Shown here piece by piece: positions 9,613 through 18,738 of a stretch of DNA of 38,741 nt (positions are counted from its first letter, which is position 1; every line of letters begins with the position of its first letter). Where the stretch lies: IMG/VR virus record IMGVR_UViG_3300024996_000135, positions 1 through 38,741 of that record; one strand, 5' to 3'. The notes beneath the pieces are model-generated. The model saw only the letters and a program-made list of their open reading frames with translations. It was not told where the DNA came from and ran no database searches. A program made the translations under genes and the position numbers. Origin of the DNA: a virus (lineage: Duplodnaviria; Caudoviricetes).

Positions 9613-9771
9613 TGCGAAACACAAATAACACAATGCAATTCAAATCAACTTTTCACAAGCCAATTGCCCCGGTAAGGGTAGTCAATCCCTTAACTCCTCA
9701 CTTCATTGTGTTGTGTTTCGCAGCCGGGGCAGTTGGCTTTAAATATTTAAAAAAATGCGAAACACAACACA
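9613..9771 (+). ncRNA. C4-like antisense RNA leader of the antirepressor
   Basis: 16-bp stem 9657-9672/9724-9739 with one G-U pair and inner hairpin 9673-9692. Segment 9704-9722 is complementary to both 9613-9635 and 9756-9771. Confidence 0.7.
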
Positions 9772-10387
9772 GATCATCCCCATCATTCAGAGGGGTGAAC
9801 AAGAACAATGGGTAGATGCCCGCACGCTTCACCGCTTCCTGGAAGTAGGTAAAGATTTTTCCAATTGGATCAAAGATTACATTACCGATTTCGACTTTGT
9901 TGAAGGCAGGGACTTTTCGCCAAATTTGGCGAAAAGTACTGGTGGCCGCCAGGCCATAGAGTACACAATTACTATGGACATGGCCAAGGAGCTTAGCATG
10001 CTCCAGCGCAGCGAAAAGGGTAAACAGGCCCGGCTGTATTTTATACAGGCCGAAAAAGAATTGCGAAAACTACAGGCCGCCTTTATTGAGGGCTTTGACG
10101 CAGTTCAACAACTACTCGCCCAGGTGAAGCCTACCAGCCACCTGAACAGCTTATGGTACCCGGCTGGCCAGCTCCGCCGCCTGAGTGGCAAAACCAGTAG
10201 TGGTAGCTATAGTTACAAGTTGCGTAAAATGCAACCCCTAGGCACAGCCACCAAATTACCACACAATGGTATTGAAGCATGGTTTGTAAGGCAGGATGCA
10301 GTGGCTGATCTGCTTTGCATAAAACCCAGTCACATGATTGGGTCTGCAATGGTTAAACTGTTAAAAGCGGGAGGTGCCCATGCATAA
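9755..10387 (+). CDS. AntA/AntB-family phage antirepressor
   Basis: VDARTLHRFLEVGKDFSNWIK...GGRQAIEY.ITMDMAKELSMLQRSEKGKQARLYFI. Confidence 0.9.
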   Translation: MRNTTQIIPIIQRGEQEQWVDARTLHRFLEVGKDFSNWIKDYITDFDFVEGRDFSPNLAKSTGGRQAIEYTITMDMAKELSMLQRSEKGKQARLYFIQAEKELRKLQAAFIEGFDAVQQLLAQVKPTSHLNSLWYPAGQLRRLSGKTSSGSYSYKLRKMQPLGTATKLPHNGIEAWFVRQDAVADLLCIKPSHMIGSAMVKLLKAGGAHA

Positions 10388-10598
10388 CCCATATTATCTG
10401 CCATACCAGGATGCAATGAAGCAGCTTAGCCTTAGTACCCACATACACCAGTTGCAAAAAAGGCAAAAAAAATATCCTTTACATTTTATGCAACAGGGCA
10501 GCGAGGTGTATATAAGTATAGTACTATTTGAAGCGCTTAAAGATTACAAAGCTGCATCAGATTATTTACTGGCATTAAAAAAAGGAGGCGTAAAATGA
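10374..10598 (+). CDS. hypothetical protein
   Basis: Coupled to the antirepressor; the likely start is the ATG at 10380. Confidence 0.5.
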   Translation: MPMHNPYYLPYQDAMKQLSLSTHIHQLQKRQKKYPLHFMQQGSEVYISIVLFEALKDYKAASDYLLALKKGGVK

Positions 10599-10804
10599 CA
10601 AAAATAACAAGCGATGCATTAATAATAACTATACCCGAAAGCGACCCACAAGAAAGAAAGGAGTGGTTAATAAAAGCCATTGCCGCAGCTATTCGTTGGA
10701 ATGCAAATTTAAGTTCCGGTGAAAAGTATACCGCTGATGGCGATAATCTTTTTGTGTTGGCGCAGCTGCTTGAGGAATTAGTTGAAGTAGATAAATCAGA
10801 ATAA
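10595..10804 (+). CDS. hypothetical protein
   Basis: 69 aa ORF with ATGA overlap. Confidence 0.55.
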   Translation: MTKITSDALIITIPESDPQERKEWLIKAIAAAIRWNANLSSGEKYTADGDNLFVLAQLLEELVEVDKSE

Positions 10805-10820
10805 CAAAAACAAAACCATA

Positions 10821-10846
10821 AGGGCTGCACATCGCAGCCCTTTTTT
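10821..10846 (+). terminator. intrinsic terminator
   Basis: AGGGCTGC-acatc-GCAGCCCT followed by a T run. Confidence 0.85.
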
Positions 10847-10897
10847 GTTCATATCTTATTTGGTATGCAATAAAAAAATATTTTATACTTGCATTAT

Positions 10898-11227
10898 ATG
10901 CGAGGCCACCGCTCAGTCTACCTTTCACTGTTTAATGAAGAAATCATCACTCCACTACCGGTGGCATTAAGACGTGGCCGTAGTGAATTGCTTCTACAAA
11001 AGAGAAACGAAAAGCTTGCACACCGTTATTGGTGGCTTGTAAAAATTAAAGGAAAGCAGTACCACGTTGCACTTAACGATTTAGAACAGGAATTTGATAT
11101 AGCTGCATTCACCATTGCAAAACGGCTTTGCGAATCAGAATGCACTTCTATTTTAAAAACACTCAACACCGATAAACCTGCATCCGCTTTTTTTAAAACT
11201 AAGTACCCCTATTTAAATTGGCAGTAA
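10898..11227 (+). CDS. putative Mor/C-like late transcription regulator
   Basis: ATG at 10898. RNEKLAHRYWW...LNDLEQEFDIAAFTIAKRL is HTH-like. It lies between the early and structural blocks, after TTTG-N21-TATACTTG. Confidence 0.5.
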   Translation: MRGHRSVYLSLFNEEIITPLPVALRRGRSELLLQKRNEKLAHRYWWLVKIKGKQYHVALNDLEQEFDIAAFTIAKRLCESECTSILKTLNTDKPASAFFKTKYPYLNWQ

Positions 11228-11714
11228 TTACCTGGTCGGGAGTCTCTACTTTTGTTTTAATTTTTTCAACAGTATAGGTACATGCACAACTAAGCTGCAG
11301 CACTCTTACCCGTATATCATCATCCCGTTTTTCAGTTCCACTTTTTTCACGCATTAAACGGCTCCAGCCGGTCGGAGCCCAACCATGCAATGCCTGTGTT
11401 ATCTTTTCCTCTACTTCATAATAAGCCAATGCGTTTGGCCGGATATTATCCGGTACCAGGTTATCGCTTTGGGTATATTGCACCAGCCCCAGCCTGAGCG
11501 TTACAATACCCTCAGCCATTTGTGTAGTATTGCCCTGTACCTGGCTGTATTTAAAATCATCCACATCTATTAATAAGCATGGCCAGCTCACAGCTGGGCG
11601 CAGCTCGTAATTCTCAAGTTGCCCCATATCCTGGTTAATGTAACGTACTTCCGGCACCAGGGCTTTTATCCGCTGCAAAATGCTTTCGTATAAATTAGCA
11701 AATGGACTGTTCAT
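11199..11714 (-). CDS. Mu gp37-like tail terminator/completion protein
   Basis: INQDMGQLE...PAVSWPCLLID and ALHGW motifs. Confidence 0.65.
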   Translation of the reverse strand: MNSPFANLYESILQRIKALVPEVRYINQDMGQLENYELRPAVSWPCLLIDVDDFKYSQVQGNTTQMAEGIVTLRLGLVQYTQSDNLVPDNIRPNALAYYEVEEKITQALHGWAPTGWSRLMREKSGTEKRDDDIRVRVLQLSCACTYTVEKIKTKVETPDQVITANLNRGT

Positions 11715-11721
11715 AATAATT

Positions 11722-12279
11722 TTAATTAAATATTGATTTTAAGGCCCTCAAAGTTTCCCTTTCCACAGCTTTATTTAGTACCGGGCTATCAGCGCCGCTT
11801 ACCGGCATAAACTGGCGGCGAGGTATATTTACTTTACGGGTAAATGCATTCACTTTCGTAGTGCTTAAAAGCACAGTAACGCTTTTCATTCGCTCTTTAC
11901 CTTTATTGGTAAACTTCCCTGATGCTACCCGCTTTTTGCCCAACAATCGCCTCGTATGCGCTCGTACGCTTACTGTTCCCTTATAACCATTGTTGTGTAC
12001 TTTGGCATAAGGGCTATCATTGTATAATTGCACCAGCGCCAAGCCCATAATTCTAAAGCCGGTGCGGCGGCGTAGCGATCCACTTTTTACAAGTATAGTA
12101 CCTTTCCGGCTGTTGGCCTTCCACTTTTGAAAACTAGAGCCCTGCCAGCCTTGCGCTCTGAAATTTCCATTAACAAAACGTACGGCCATTTGCCCTACAT
12201 TCTTTGGCCATTGGTAATGCATGTACTGCTTCAGCTCATTGGTTTTTTTGATCAGTCCATCACTTATTAAATTTTTCAT
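11722..12279 (-). CDS. phage virion morphogenesis protein (Mu gpG-like)
   Basis: NFRAQGW, ILVKSGSLRR, YAKVHNNG and IPRRQFM motifs. Confidence 0.85.
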   Translation of the reverse strand: MKNLISDGLIKKTNELKQYMHYQWPKNVGQMAVRFVNGNFRAQGWQGSSFQKWKANSRKGTILVKSGSLRRRTGFRIMGLALVQLYNDSPYAKVHNNGYKGTVSVRAHTRRLLGKKRVASGKFTNKGKERMKSVTVLLSTTKVNAFTRKVNIPRRQFMPVSGADSPVLNKAVERETLRALKSIFN

Positions 12280-12287
12280 TATATTTG
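12280..12287 (+). promoter_or_regulatory. putative -7 promoter element antisense to the head operon
   Basis: TATATTTG(CA); no clear -33 element seen. Confidence 0.5.
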
Positions 12288-12293
12288 CACTGT

Positions 12294-12355
12294 AGATAAC
12301 CGGTAGTTATGGCGTCCCCTTCCAAGGGTCGGACCATATCGCCGGTTATCTTTTT
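12294..12355 (+). ncRNA. candidate small RNA with a tRNA-Gly(UCC) anticodon stem-loop mimic
   Basis: Basal stem 12294-12303/12342-12351, middle stem TATGG/CCATA, apical CGtCCC-CTTCCAA-GGGtCG, then a T run. Confidence 0.55.
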
Positions 12356-13614
12356 ATATAAATAAGTTGCCCAGACCTTAGTGTTCTCGCCTGTTTATCT
12401 GTTGTAATTTTATGAATTGTCCAGCCTAACAAATCCTTATCTACCCGAACCACAATAGCTGCAGCATCAAAATATTTTATAAACTCGGTCTCTAATTTTT
12501 TCCCTTTATTATTAAGCCTTTGCCATACTTCATCAGGGTTATTTAAAATATCATTGAAAGAGGCCCCAAACTCCCATCTTTTATCATCCGGTTTATCTTC
12601 TATAGCATGCCTGAAAGATTCTCGGCGTAGTTTAACTGTGATGCCCGTAGGTGTTTTAATCAATGCTTCTTTTTTATATACTTCATCAAACCACTCAATA
12701 GCATCGGCTGCATTTTCAAAGCTGTGAGGGGCAGGCCACACACTATCTGCCAGTATTTTTTCAACCGCAGGCAGGTTGTAGTTTTTTATAGCATCCAATG
12801 CTGATAGTGAATCGGGGTAGCTATTATCGCCTGTTGTAATACCTTTCAGGTTATTCAGATAAGTATTCTTTTCCAGGTCAAACAATTGTTTATTCCTGCC
12901 CATGTTCTTTTGAAAATAAGGTGATATTTTATATTCCTTTTGAAAATCAGCTTTAGGATCAACCGTTATCTTGCTTGCATTACCGGCAATGCCCGGCACT
13001 ACACTGCATCGGCAGTTCCAGCCATTGGGCGGGTAAATGGTATTCCAAATCTTATCGGTGGTTTTAGCTGTAAACTTATCCAGGCGGGCATGCTCCGGCC
13101 TTACATGGCCATCGCCTACGGTAGAGTATTCTAAGTACTCTACACCGTTGCTGCTAAATTCATCCCATTTACGGGCCATTTCTGCACTGCTTTTTGCTGT
13201 GTTGTACTCCGTTTGCAGCCAGCTATGGTTTATTTCATGCCCGGCATCCATTACGGAATTTCTAAAGTCAGTAAAGCTTCGCAAGCTACCATCCTGCTTT
13301 GTCATCATTTTAGTAAAAAGTTGCATTTCATACAAGCTTTTGGCTGCAGAAAATGCATGTATGTTCTGCTGCAGGTAAGCGCTTAATTCGTTGCGGCTAT
13401 CCTCAAAACTAAAAGAAGTGCCATCCAGTCCATGCCACATGGCGTCCGTCAGCTTTTTAGCATTGTAGTGGTAAATATCAATGGGTATCTGCCCTTCTTT
13501 TATTTTGGCATCATATAAATCCTTAGCCACGGTTTCCATCAAGGCGTCCAGCTCGGCAATGCGTTTTTTATCAGCATTCAATTTATGCCCGCAGCAATTA
13601 TCCTGGTATTGCAA
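12346..13614 (-). CDS. MuF (gp30/SPP1 gp7-like) minor head protein with a C-terminal PBECR2-like nuclease domain
   Basis: MuF motifs WLQTEYNTA, YSTVGDGHVRPEH and PPNGWNCRC. C-terminal FRHAI...ILNNPDEVW...FIKYF...RSGQLIY. Confidence 0.82.
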   Translation of the reverse strand: MQYQDNCCGHKLNADKKRIAELDALMETVAKDLYDAKIKEGQIPIDIYHYNAKKLTDAMWHGLDGTSFSFEDSRNELSAYLQQNIHAFSAAKSLYEMQLFTKMMTKQDGSLRSFTDFRNSVMDAGHEINHSWLQTEYNTAKSSAEMARKWDEFSSNGVEYLEYSTVGDGHVRPEHARLDKFTAKTTDKIWNTIYPPNGWNCRCSVVPGIAGNASKITVDPKADFQKEYKISPYFQKNMGRNKQLFDLEKNTYLNNLKGITTGDNSYPDSLSALDAIKNYNLPAVEKILADSVWPAPHSFENAADAIEWFDEVYKKEALIKTPTGITVKLRRESFRHAIEDKPDDKRWEFGASFNDILNNPDEVWQRLNNKGKKLETEFIKYFDAAAIVVRVDKDLLGWTIHKITTDKQARTLRSGQLIYIKR

Positions 13615-13637
13615 CCTAAGCCTCCAATGCCCTGCAA

Positions 13638-14927
13638 TTACAGGGCTTCGCCAAAAAAATCGTTCAACACTTTTTTAACTTCATCTTCAACGCTTAATTT
13701 TTTACCGGGCTTAACGATTGGTGGCTTCTGAGCTTCAGCTTCTTTCTTTGCTTCAATTTCCTGTTTCTGCAAATCATAATCTGCCGGTTTAGCAATGCCG
13801 CTGATGTTATAAAAATGCTCATCATCTACAGGTATACCTGCATTCTTTAATTTAATGGCCATATCAATCAGTTTATTGGCCAGCTCCGGCTCCACCGGAT
13901 CATCGTATGTAAACTTTCCTTCAGCAGGCAATAAGCCAAGCCTAATTAATACAGGCTTTACTTTTTCGTTCAGGATGCTGAGCTCATCTTCCTGATCATC
14001 TTCAGCCACTTCATTCACCGTTTTGTAATGCGTTTCACTTTGCGCATACCCACTGCTTTTGCTGCTGGTAGTGGTTTCAGTAGCCCCTAGTATGTGTACA
14101 GCAAGCTCTTCATTCATAGCCGTACGCAAGCGATCATATAGATCAGAGCTTCCGCTGGTGCCTTTCATTTCATGGAAGGTTAATTCTGCCTCTTTGGGTA
14201 ATACAGCATAAGCGGCGCTACCTGCTTTATCCAATGCATTTTCCAATTGCAATCGAACCTGCTCATTAAACCCATCGTAGCGGGCTTCTCTAAAGGGCAT
14301 GCCAAATATTTGTGCGTAGTTAGCCCAATCCGCAATATTCCCACGTTTATAAATAACGTAGGCGCAAGCTTCCAATAGATAACCGAGATCGTTCCATTCC
14401 CCAATTTCAACCACATAATTGCTAAATGGCGGGTTACGGTAGGCAATACCATCTACGCCATATTGCTCATACACAATAAGGCCTTCATCTGGCTTAATAT
14501 GTTTTTTGGGTACATCAAAAATCTTAAGCCCATCAGCGTTCATTATTTCAATGCACCCGATGCCCCATGCTTTGCAAAGCTGTATTTTTTTTCGAAGCTT
14601 CCGAAACTCCGCAAGGTTTATAAAATCGTTTACAGCATCTATTTCTTTGCCTGATTTATCGCAAAATCTCAATTTCTTTTTTGTAACAGCCAACACACGT
14701 TTGGCCACCAGGCGTTTCAGAAACCCATCTTTAAGTACATCATCGTACATATCCATTAAAAGCACTCGGCTTCCATTAATACTTTCGGCTTGTATATGTG
14801 CATTGCGCCACTTGTCAATATCCAGCATGCTACGCTGTACCGGCCTGATGTTGATGTTCATGATCTGCAACCCCTGTTCGGTGATGCTACCGTTTTTTTT
14901 AATAACTCCTGGTTTCACTTTTGCCAT
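13638..14927 (-). CDS. portal protein (Mu gp29/DUF935-like)
   Basis: WANYAQIFGMPFREARY and ILGATETT...SGYAQSETH motifs; 429 aa. Confidence 0.88.
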   Translation of the reverse strand: MAKVKPGVIKKNGSITEQGLQIMNINIRPVQRSMLDIDKWRNAHIQAESINGSRVLLMDMYDDVLKDGFLKRLVAKRVLAVTKKKLRFCDKSGKEIDAVNDFINLAEFRKLRKKIQLCKAWGIGCIEIMNADGLKIFDVPKKHIKPDEGLIVYEQYGVDGIAYRNPPFSNYVVEIGEWNDLGYLLEACAYVIYKRGNIADWANYAQIFGMPFREARYDGFNEQVRLQLENALDKAGSAAYAVLPKEAELTFHEMKGTSGSSDLYDRLRTAMNEELAVHILGATETTTSSKSSGYAQSETHYKTVNEVAEDDQEDELSILNEKVKPVLIRLGLLPAEGKFTYDDPVEPELANKLIDMAIKLKNAGIPVDDEHFYNISGIAKPADYDLQKQEIEAKKEAEAQKPPIVKPGKKLSVEDEVKKVLNDFFGEAL

Positions 14928-14928
14928 T

Positions 14929-15354
14929 TTAAAAATTATTATTTCTCTTTATGTTGCTGCCCCATTTAATATAGTTATTAGGTTCGTTGGGTGGCGCTAC
15001 AGTTGGGTAAGGCAGGTTAGGATTATTTTTACCTCTTTGCACTTCACTTAGCCATTCAGTTGCCCGCTCGTAGCGTTTTAGCCGCAATTCCATTTCTACA
15101 CCCGGATTACTGAGTTGTATATAATGCCATACAGCAATATCTTTTACATACAACAAAAGAATGGGGTTGCGGTTGGCTCCGGTTGCATTAAAGATCGCTG
15201 TCGTATCATAGGCCGTCAAATAGCCCCTGGCTTCTTCAATAGCAGCATCGATTGCAAAATCAAGTTGTGCAGTTGTGGTAGGGTCTCTTTCTATTTCCTT
15301 TACTACTTCGCCGTATAAGTGGCTGGATATTTCTGAAGCTGTTAAATATGGCAT
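14929..15354 (-). CDS. Mu gp36-like head-tail adaptor (DUF1320)
   Basis: AIEEARGYL..YD, KDIAVWH and RYERATEWL motifs. Confidence 0.85.
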   Translation of the reverse strand: MPYLTASEISSHLYGEVVKEIERDPTTTAQLDFAIDAAIEEARGYLTAYDTTAIFNATGANRNPILLLYVKDIAVWHYIQLSNPGVEMELRLKRYERATEWLSEVQRGKNNPNLPYPTVAPPNEPNNYIKWGSNIKRNNNF

Positions 15355-15355
15355 T

Positions 15356-16858
15356 TTAAAATCGTTTTGAATGTGGTTTTCTGCCTCCTAAAATCATAGG
15401 TGCAGCAGCAAATAATTTAGTGTCGATAATATGCTTAGCTCCCTCAGCAGCATCAGGTCCATCGTCATGCGTTTTGCTACCGGGCTGCAGCGCCATAAAC
15501 TGCTCTTTCAGCGTTTCCATGCTGGGGTTTTTAAGGTATTGGTCTAGTTCATTTAAAAACAATTTATGCTTGCGGTTCAAAGGTTCAAGCGTAGCTTCTA
15601 TCCTGGTAAACTTGTCCGGCTTTTTTCGGGCATCGCCGGTAATAACGATCGTGGAGCCTAGGCTTTTCAACTCGTTCTGAATTTCTTTAATAATAATATC
15701 CTGAATGAAGTTGTCCTCCGCCACCCAATATACAGGTGCTGCCCCGTTTACAAACTTTTCAATGTCGTGCATACCGGCTGCGAATGTGGCCGTTGTACAT
15801 TGCTTAATAAAGCATTTAATTATGTGATATTCATCTTTCCATTTACCCATCAGTACACAGGCTTTATAATCATTTTTAGCCGTGCTTTTGTAGCTCAAAT
15901 CATTATATGCAACTAAAAACGGGTAAGATGAAAGTGGCTGCATTTTTTTATAATGCATTTCCTCAAATACAGTTCCTTGAATAATTGGATTGTTGTAATA
16001 TTCTTTTTGCTGCGAAACATAAGAGATCATGCTTAGAATGTCATCCACATCTTTCTCGCTGTTTTTTTGCGGCCAACTGCTTTTGCCATTCTTATCCCTT
16101 ATGTTGATAATATCTGTATGCTTCGCCTTTAGGATTGCCCTGGTTATGCAGCAGTCTTTGGCTATGATGTTGCCACAAAATATAAATGTGTATTTGCCAC
16201 TGATACTAACAGTAGGCATTACGGCCTGTTCAAGCCATTCCCATTTATCTTTAATAATGCGTAGGTTCTTGCACTCCTCATCTGTATCAAAGTCATCAAT
16301 TAAAATAACATCAATCCTTTTTTCTTCAGCTCTACTACCCCTGGGGCTTTGGCCTGCGCCAATAGCTCGGTAAGCAGCTCCTTCATTCGTTACAAATTCA
16401 CCACTGGCCCAATCGCCAATGCTTTGCTGTTTGCCATAATCGTTAATAATGCGCTGGTTGCTTTCCAGGTTTATTTTATATGGCCTCAGCAACCTTTCGG
16501 CATTATCATAACTATTGCTAATTAAAAGCACATTAAAACGCTTTTTAAGAAGCGTCATATACAACACTTCCATCATGGTGCGGGTGCTTTTTGCCAGTTC
16601 CCTGCTCCATGCTCTTACTTCATACCAACGGTCGTTATTCAGTACCCGAACTGTTGCTTTTTTATGAAACGGCGCCGGTTCCGCAAATGCAAACTTTGGA
16701 AAGTAATATTTAAACCAGGCTTCCGGATCAGCTTCTAATTGCTCTATTCTTTTTTTCTTTTGAGAAGCCGATTCGGTTAAGTCAATAAAAGTACTGGCCG
16801 CAACCTGTTTGCGGTATTTATCCCAATAACTGAGCGCCTGTTTATCTTTTAATTTCAT
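15356..16858 (-). CDS. terminase large subunit
   Basis: Variant Walker A RELAKST, GAGQSPRG, ILIDDFD and nuclease motif HDDGPDA. Confidence 0.9.
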   Translation of the reverse strand: MKLKDKQALSYWDKYRKQVAASTFIDLTESASQKKKRIEQLEADPEAWFKYYFPKFAFAEPAPFHKKATVRVLNNDRWYEVRAWSRELAKSTRTMMEVLYMTLLKKRFNVLLISNSYDNAERLLRPYKINLESNQRIINDYGKQQSIGDWASGEFVTNEGAAYRAIGAGQSPRGSRAEEKRIDVILIDDFDTDEECKNLRIIKDKWEWLEQAVMPTVSISGKYTFIFCGNIIAKDCCITRAILKAKHTDIINIRDKNGKSSWPQKNSEKDVDDILSMISYVSQQKEYYNNPIIQGTVFEEMHYKKMQPLSSYPFLVAYNDLSYKSTAKNDYKACVLMGKWKDEYHIIKCFIKQCTTATFAAGMHDIEKFVNGAAPVYWVAEDNFIQDIIIKEIQNELKSLGSTIVITGDARKKPDKFTRIEATLEPLNRKHKLFLNELDQYLKNPSMETLKEQFMALQPGSKTHDDGPDAAEGAKHIIDTKLFAAAPMILGGRKPHSKRF

Positions 16859-17061
16859 CTACCTTTTATCCTTGCAAATAAATGTGGCCATGCAGTTGAT
16901 GCACCGGCTTTGGTTATTCTTAATCGTTCCTCCGCTACTTTTTTATCGCTACGGTATTTTGTCATAAAAGCAGCCAGTTGCCGGGCGTCCTTTTTTGTTT
17001 TGAGCCATTTGTATAAAAAGAATACAGCAGCCAACAGTAGTATTAAGTGGTATATATCCAT
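16855..17061 (-). CDS. small membrane-anchored hypothetical protein
   Basis: N-terminal hydrophobic helix with a basic tail; coupled between the two terminase genes. Confidence 0.55.
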   Translation of the reverse strand: MDIYHLILLLAAVFFLYKWLKTKKDARQLAAFMTKYRSDKKVAEERLRITKAGASTAWPHLFARIKGR

Positions 17062-17063
17062 AA

Positions 17064-17504
17064 TTATTTAATGCTTTGTTTTATATACAGGTCAAACCAT
17101 TGAGTTATTGTTTTACTCAGTTCAATATCCTGGCTGCGTACCAGGTTTATAAACTCGGTACCTACTTCCACCTTTTCTGCAATGGAAGTTTCTATCTCTA
17201 GATTTTTAATTGCAGCTGTGAGCTTCAATACAGAATCGGCCTGTTTGCTGTTGATCGGAATTTTTTCTTCACCGGCTTCATCAATACTATCATTTAAGAT
17301 TTTAAGCAGCTTATAAAGCCGTTTTAATTCATTTTCACGGGTAGTTAATAATGAGGTCTGGAGACTTTCCCAGCCATCCTCTTCCTTCCATTTGCTGATT
17401 GTTTTTTCAGATACACCCACAATGCTTGCAATCTCTTTTTGCAAATATTGGCCGGTGCAATACAATGCCTTGGCTTTTGCCTGCTTGTCTTTTATTGTGC
17501 TCAT
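17064..17504 (-). CDS. terminase small subunit-like HTH protein
   Basis: AKALY...QKEIASIVGVSEKTISKWKEEDGW; upstream of the large subunit. Confidence 0.75.
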   Translation of the reverse strand: MSTIKDKQAKAKALYCTGQYLQKEIASIVGVSEKTISKWKEEDGWESLQTSLLTTRENELKRLYKLLKILNDSIDEAGEEKIPINSKQADSVLKLTAAIKNLEIETSIAEKVEVGTEFINLVRSQDIELSKTITQWFDLYIKQSIK

Positions 17505-17666
17505 CTATACAAAAATGCACCTCAATAAAGCCGAATAAAATTCAAGAAAACATGACGGTGCAATTACCGGAATGTCGTGGTCAGCCTGCATTTACATCAT
17601 GTTTATATGATTTGTAAAGCCTTGTTTTAGCCCCCATTTTTACATTTTAAAACACGTAGGCATCAC

Positions 17667-18695
17667 ATGGCAAAACTGGATATTGATTTTGTATTACTTG
17701 ACGAAACCACTGTGCGTTTCGGCTTTCGTGCTTTGATGGATGGTGCCGAGCTGGAAGATTTTAAAGCCAATCCGGTTATGTTATTACAGCACAATCGCCC
17801 CAGCGAGTGGAGAGGCAAGGATGAAATAATGTTGCCCATTGGCCGCTGGTGGGATATACGTGTAGAAGATCGGCAGCTTTTGGCTAAGCCTGATTTTGAT
17901 GATGATGATGATATGGCAATGAAGGTGCAAAAGAAGGTAGAGAAAAAATACTTAAACGGTGCAAGCGTTTGGATTGATCCGATAGCCAGTAGTGATGAGG
18001 ATCATTTAAAAGCACCTGGCCAATACTTACCTACTGTTACACGGTGGGGCATCCTGGAAGCAAGCATTGTTGATATACCCAACTGCAGAAATGCACTTGC
18101 ATTACGCAATAGCGATGGAGCCAGGATTGAGTTGAGCGCCCATACCAACAAGACAGATATCAAAACGATTTTACAAAACATTTCAATCGACAAAAAAGAA
18201 ACCATGGATAAAAAGTTACTGGCCGTTAAACTAGGCCTGGCAGAAGATGCCACAGATGTTCAAATTAGTGAGAAACTGCAGGCGGTACTTACTGCTGGAA
18301 GCAATATCACTCAATTGACAACAGAAAACCAGGCGCTGAAAGATCAGATCGTACAATTGAAAGATGCAGCAGTTGCGGCGCAAATCAATAACCTGGTTGA
18401 TGGAGCTGTAAATGAAGGTAAGCTCACAGCCGAAGATGCACCGACTTACAAAAAGCTTGCTGCCGCTGATTTTGAAACCACACAGGCTGCTATTAGCAAA
18501 ATGAAGCCATACGAATCTGTGGAGTCTAAATTAAGTACAGCCAAAGAAACTGATAAAGCAGAATTGGATGCACTTACAAAACTGAGCGGTATTGACCTGT
18601 ATAAAACCGGTCAATTGGAAAAACTGCGCAAGCTCAGCGAACCTCATTTTAAAACCAAATACAAGGAAGCCTTCGGCGTAGAGTTTAAGGGCTGA
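17667..18695 (+). CDS. prohead protease fused to scaffolding domain (Mu gpI-like)
   Basis: FKANPVMLLQH, PIGRW, GAS and EASIVDIP motifs; coiled-coil C-terminal half starting at an internal ATG (18204). Confidence 0.85.
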   Translation: MAKLDIDFVLLDETTVRFGFRALMDGAELEDFKANPVMLLQHNRPSEWRGKDEIMLPIGRWWDIRVEDRQLLAKPDFDDDDDMAMKVQKKVEKKYLNGASVWIDPIASSDEDHLKAPGQYLPTVTRWGILEASIVDIPNCRNALALRNSDGARIELSAHTNKTDIKTILQNISIDKKETMDKKLLAVKLGLAEDATDVQISEKLQAVLTAGSNITQLTTENQALKDQIVQLKDAAVAAQINNLVDGAVNEGKLTAEDAPTYKKLAAADFETTQAAISKMKPYESVESKLSTAKETDKAELDALTKLSGIDLYKTGQLEKLRKLSEPHFKTKYKEAFGVEFKG

Positions 18696-18738
18696 TTTTA
18701 AAAACCATAACAAAATTTAGAAAAACAAAAGATCAATA

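Noticed and set aside
9516-9815. 99-aa ORF across the antirepressor leader
   Set aside because: It has a GTG start, overlaps two better genes, and spans sequence explained by RNA structure. A shorter leader peptide from ATG 9633 cannot be excluded.
12294-12355. A true tRNA-Gly gene
   Set aside because: Only an anticodon-like arm is present; there is no D arm, TTCG T-loop or CCA end, and it is too short.
14506-15051. Long antisense ORFs (also 19589-20164, 24338-24760 and 30984-31400)
   Set aside because: They are shadow frames opposite well-supported structural genes.
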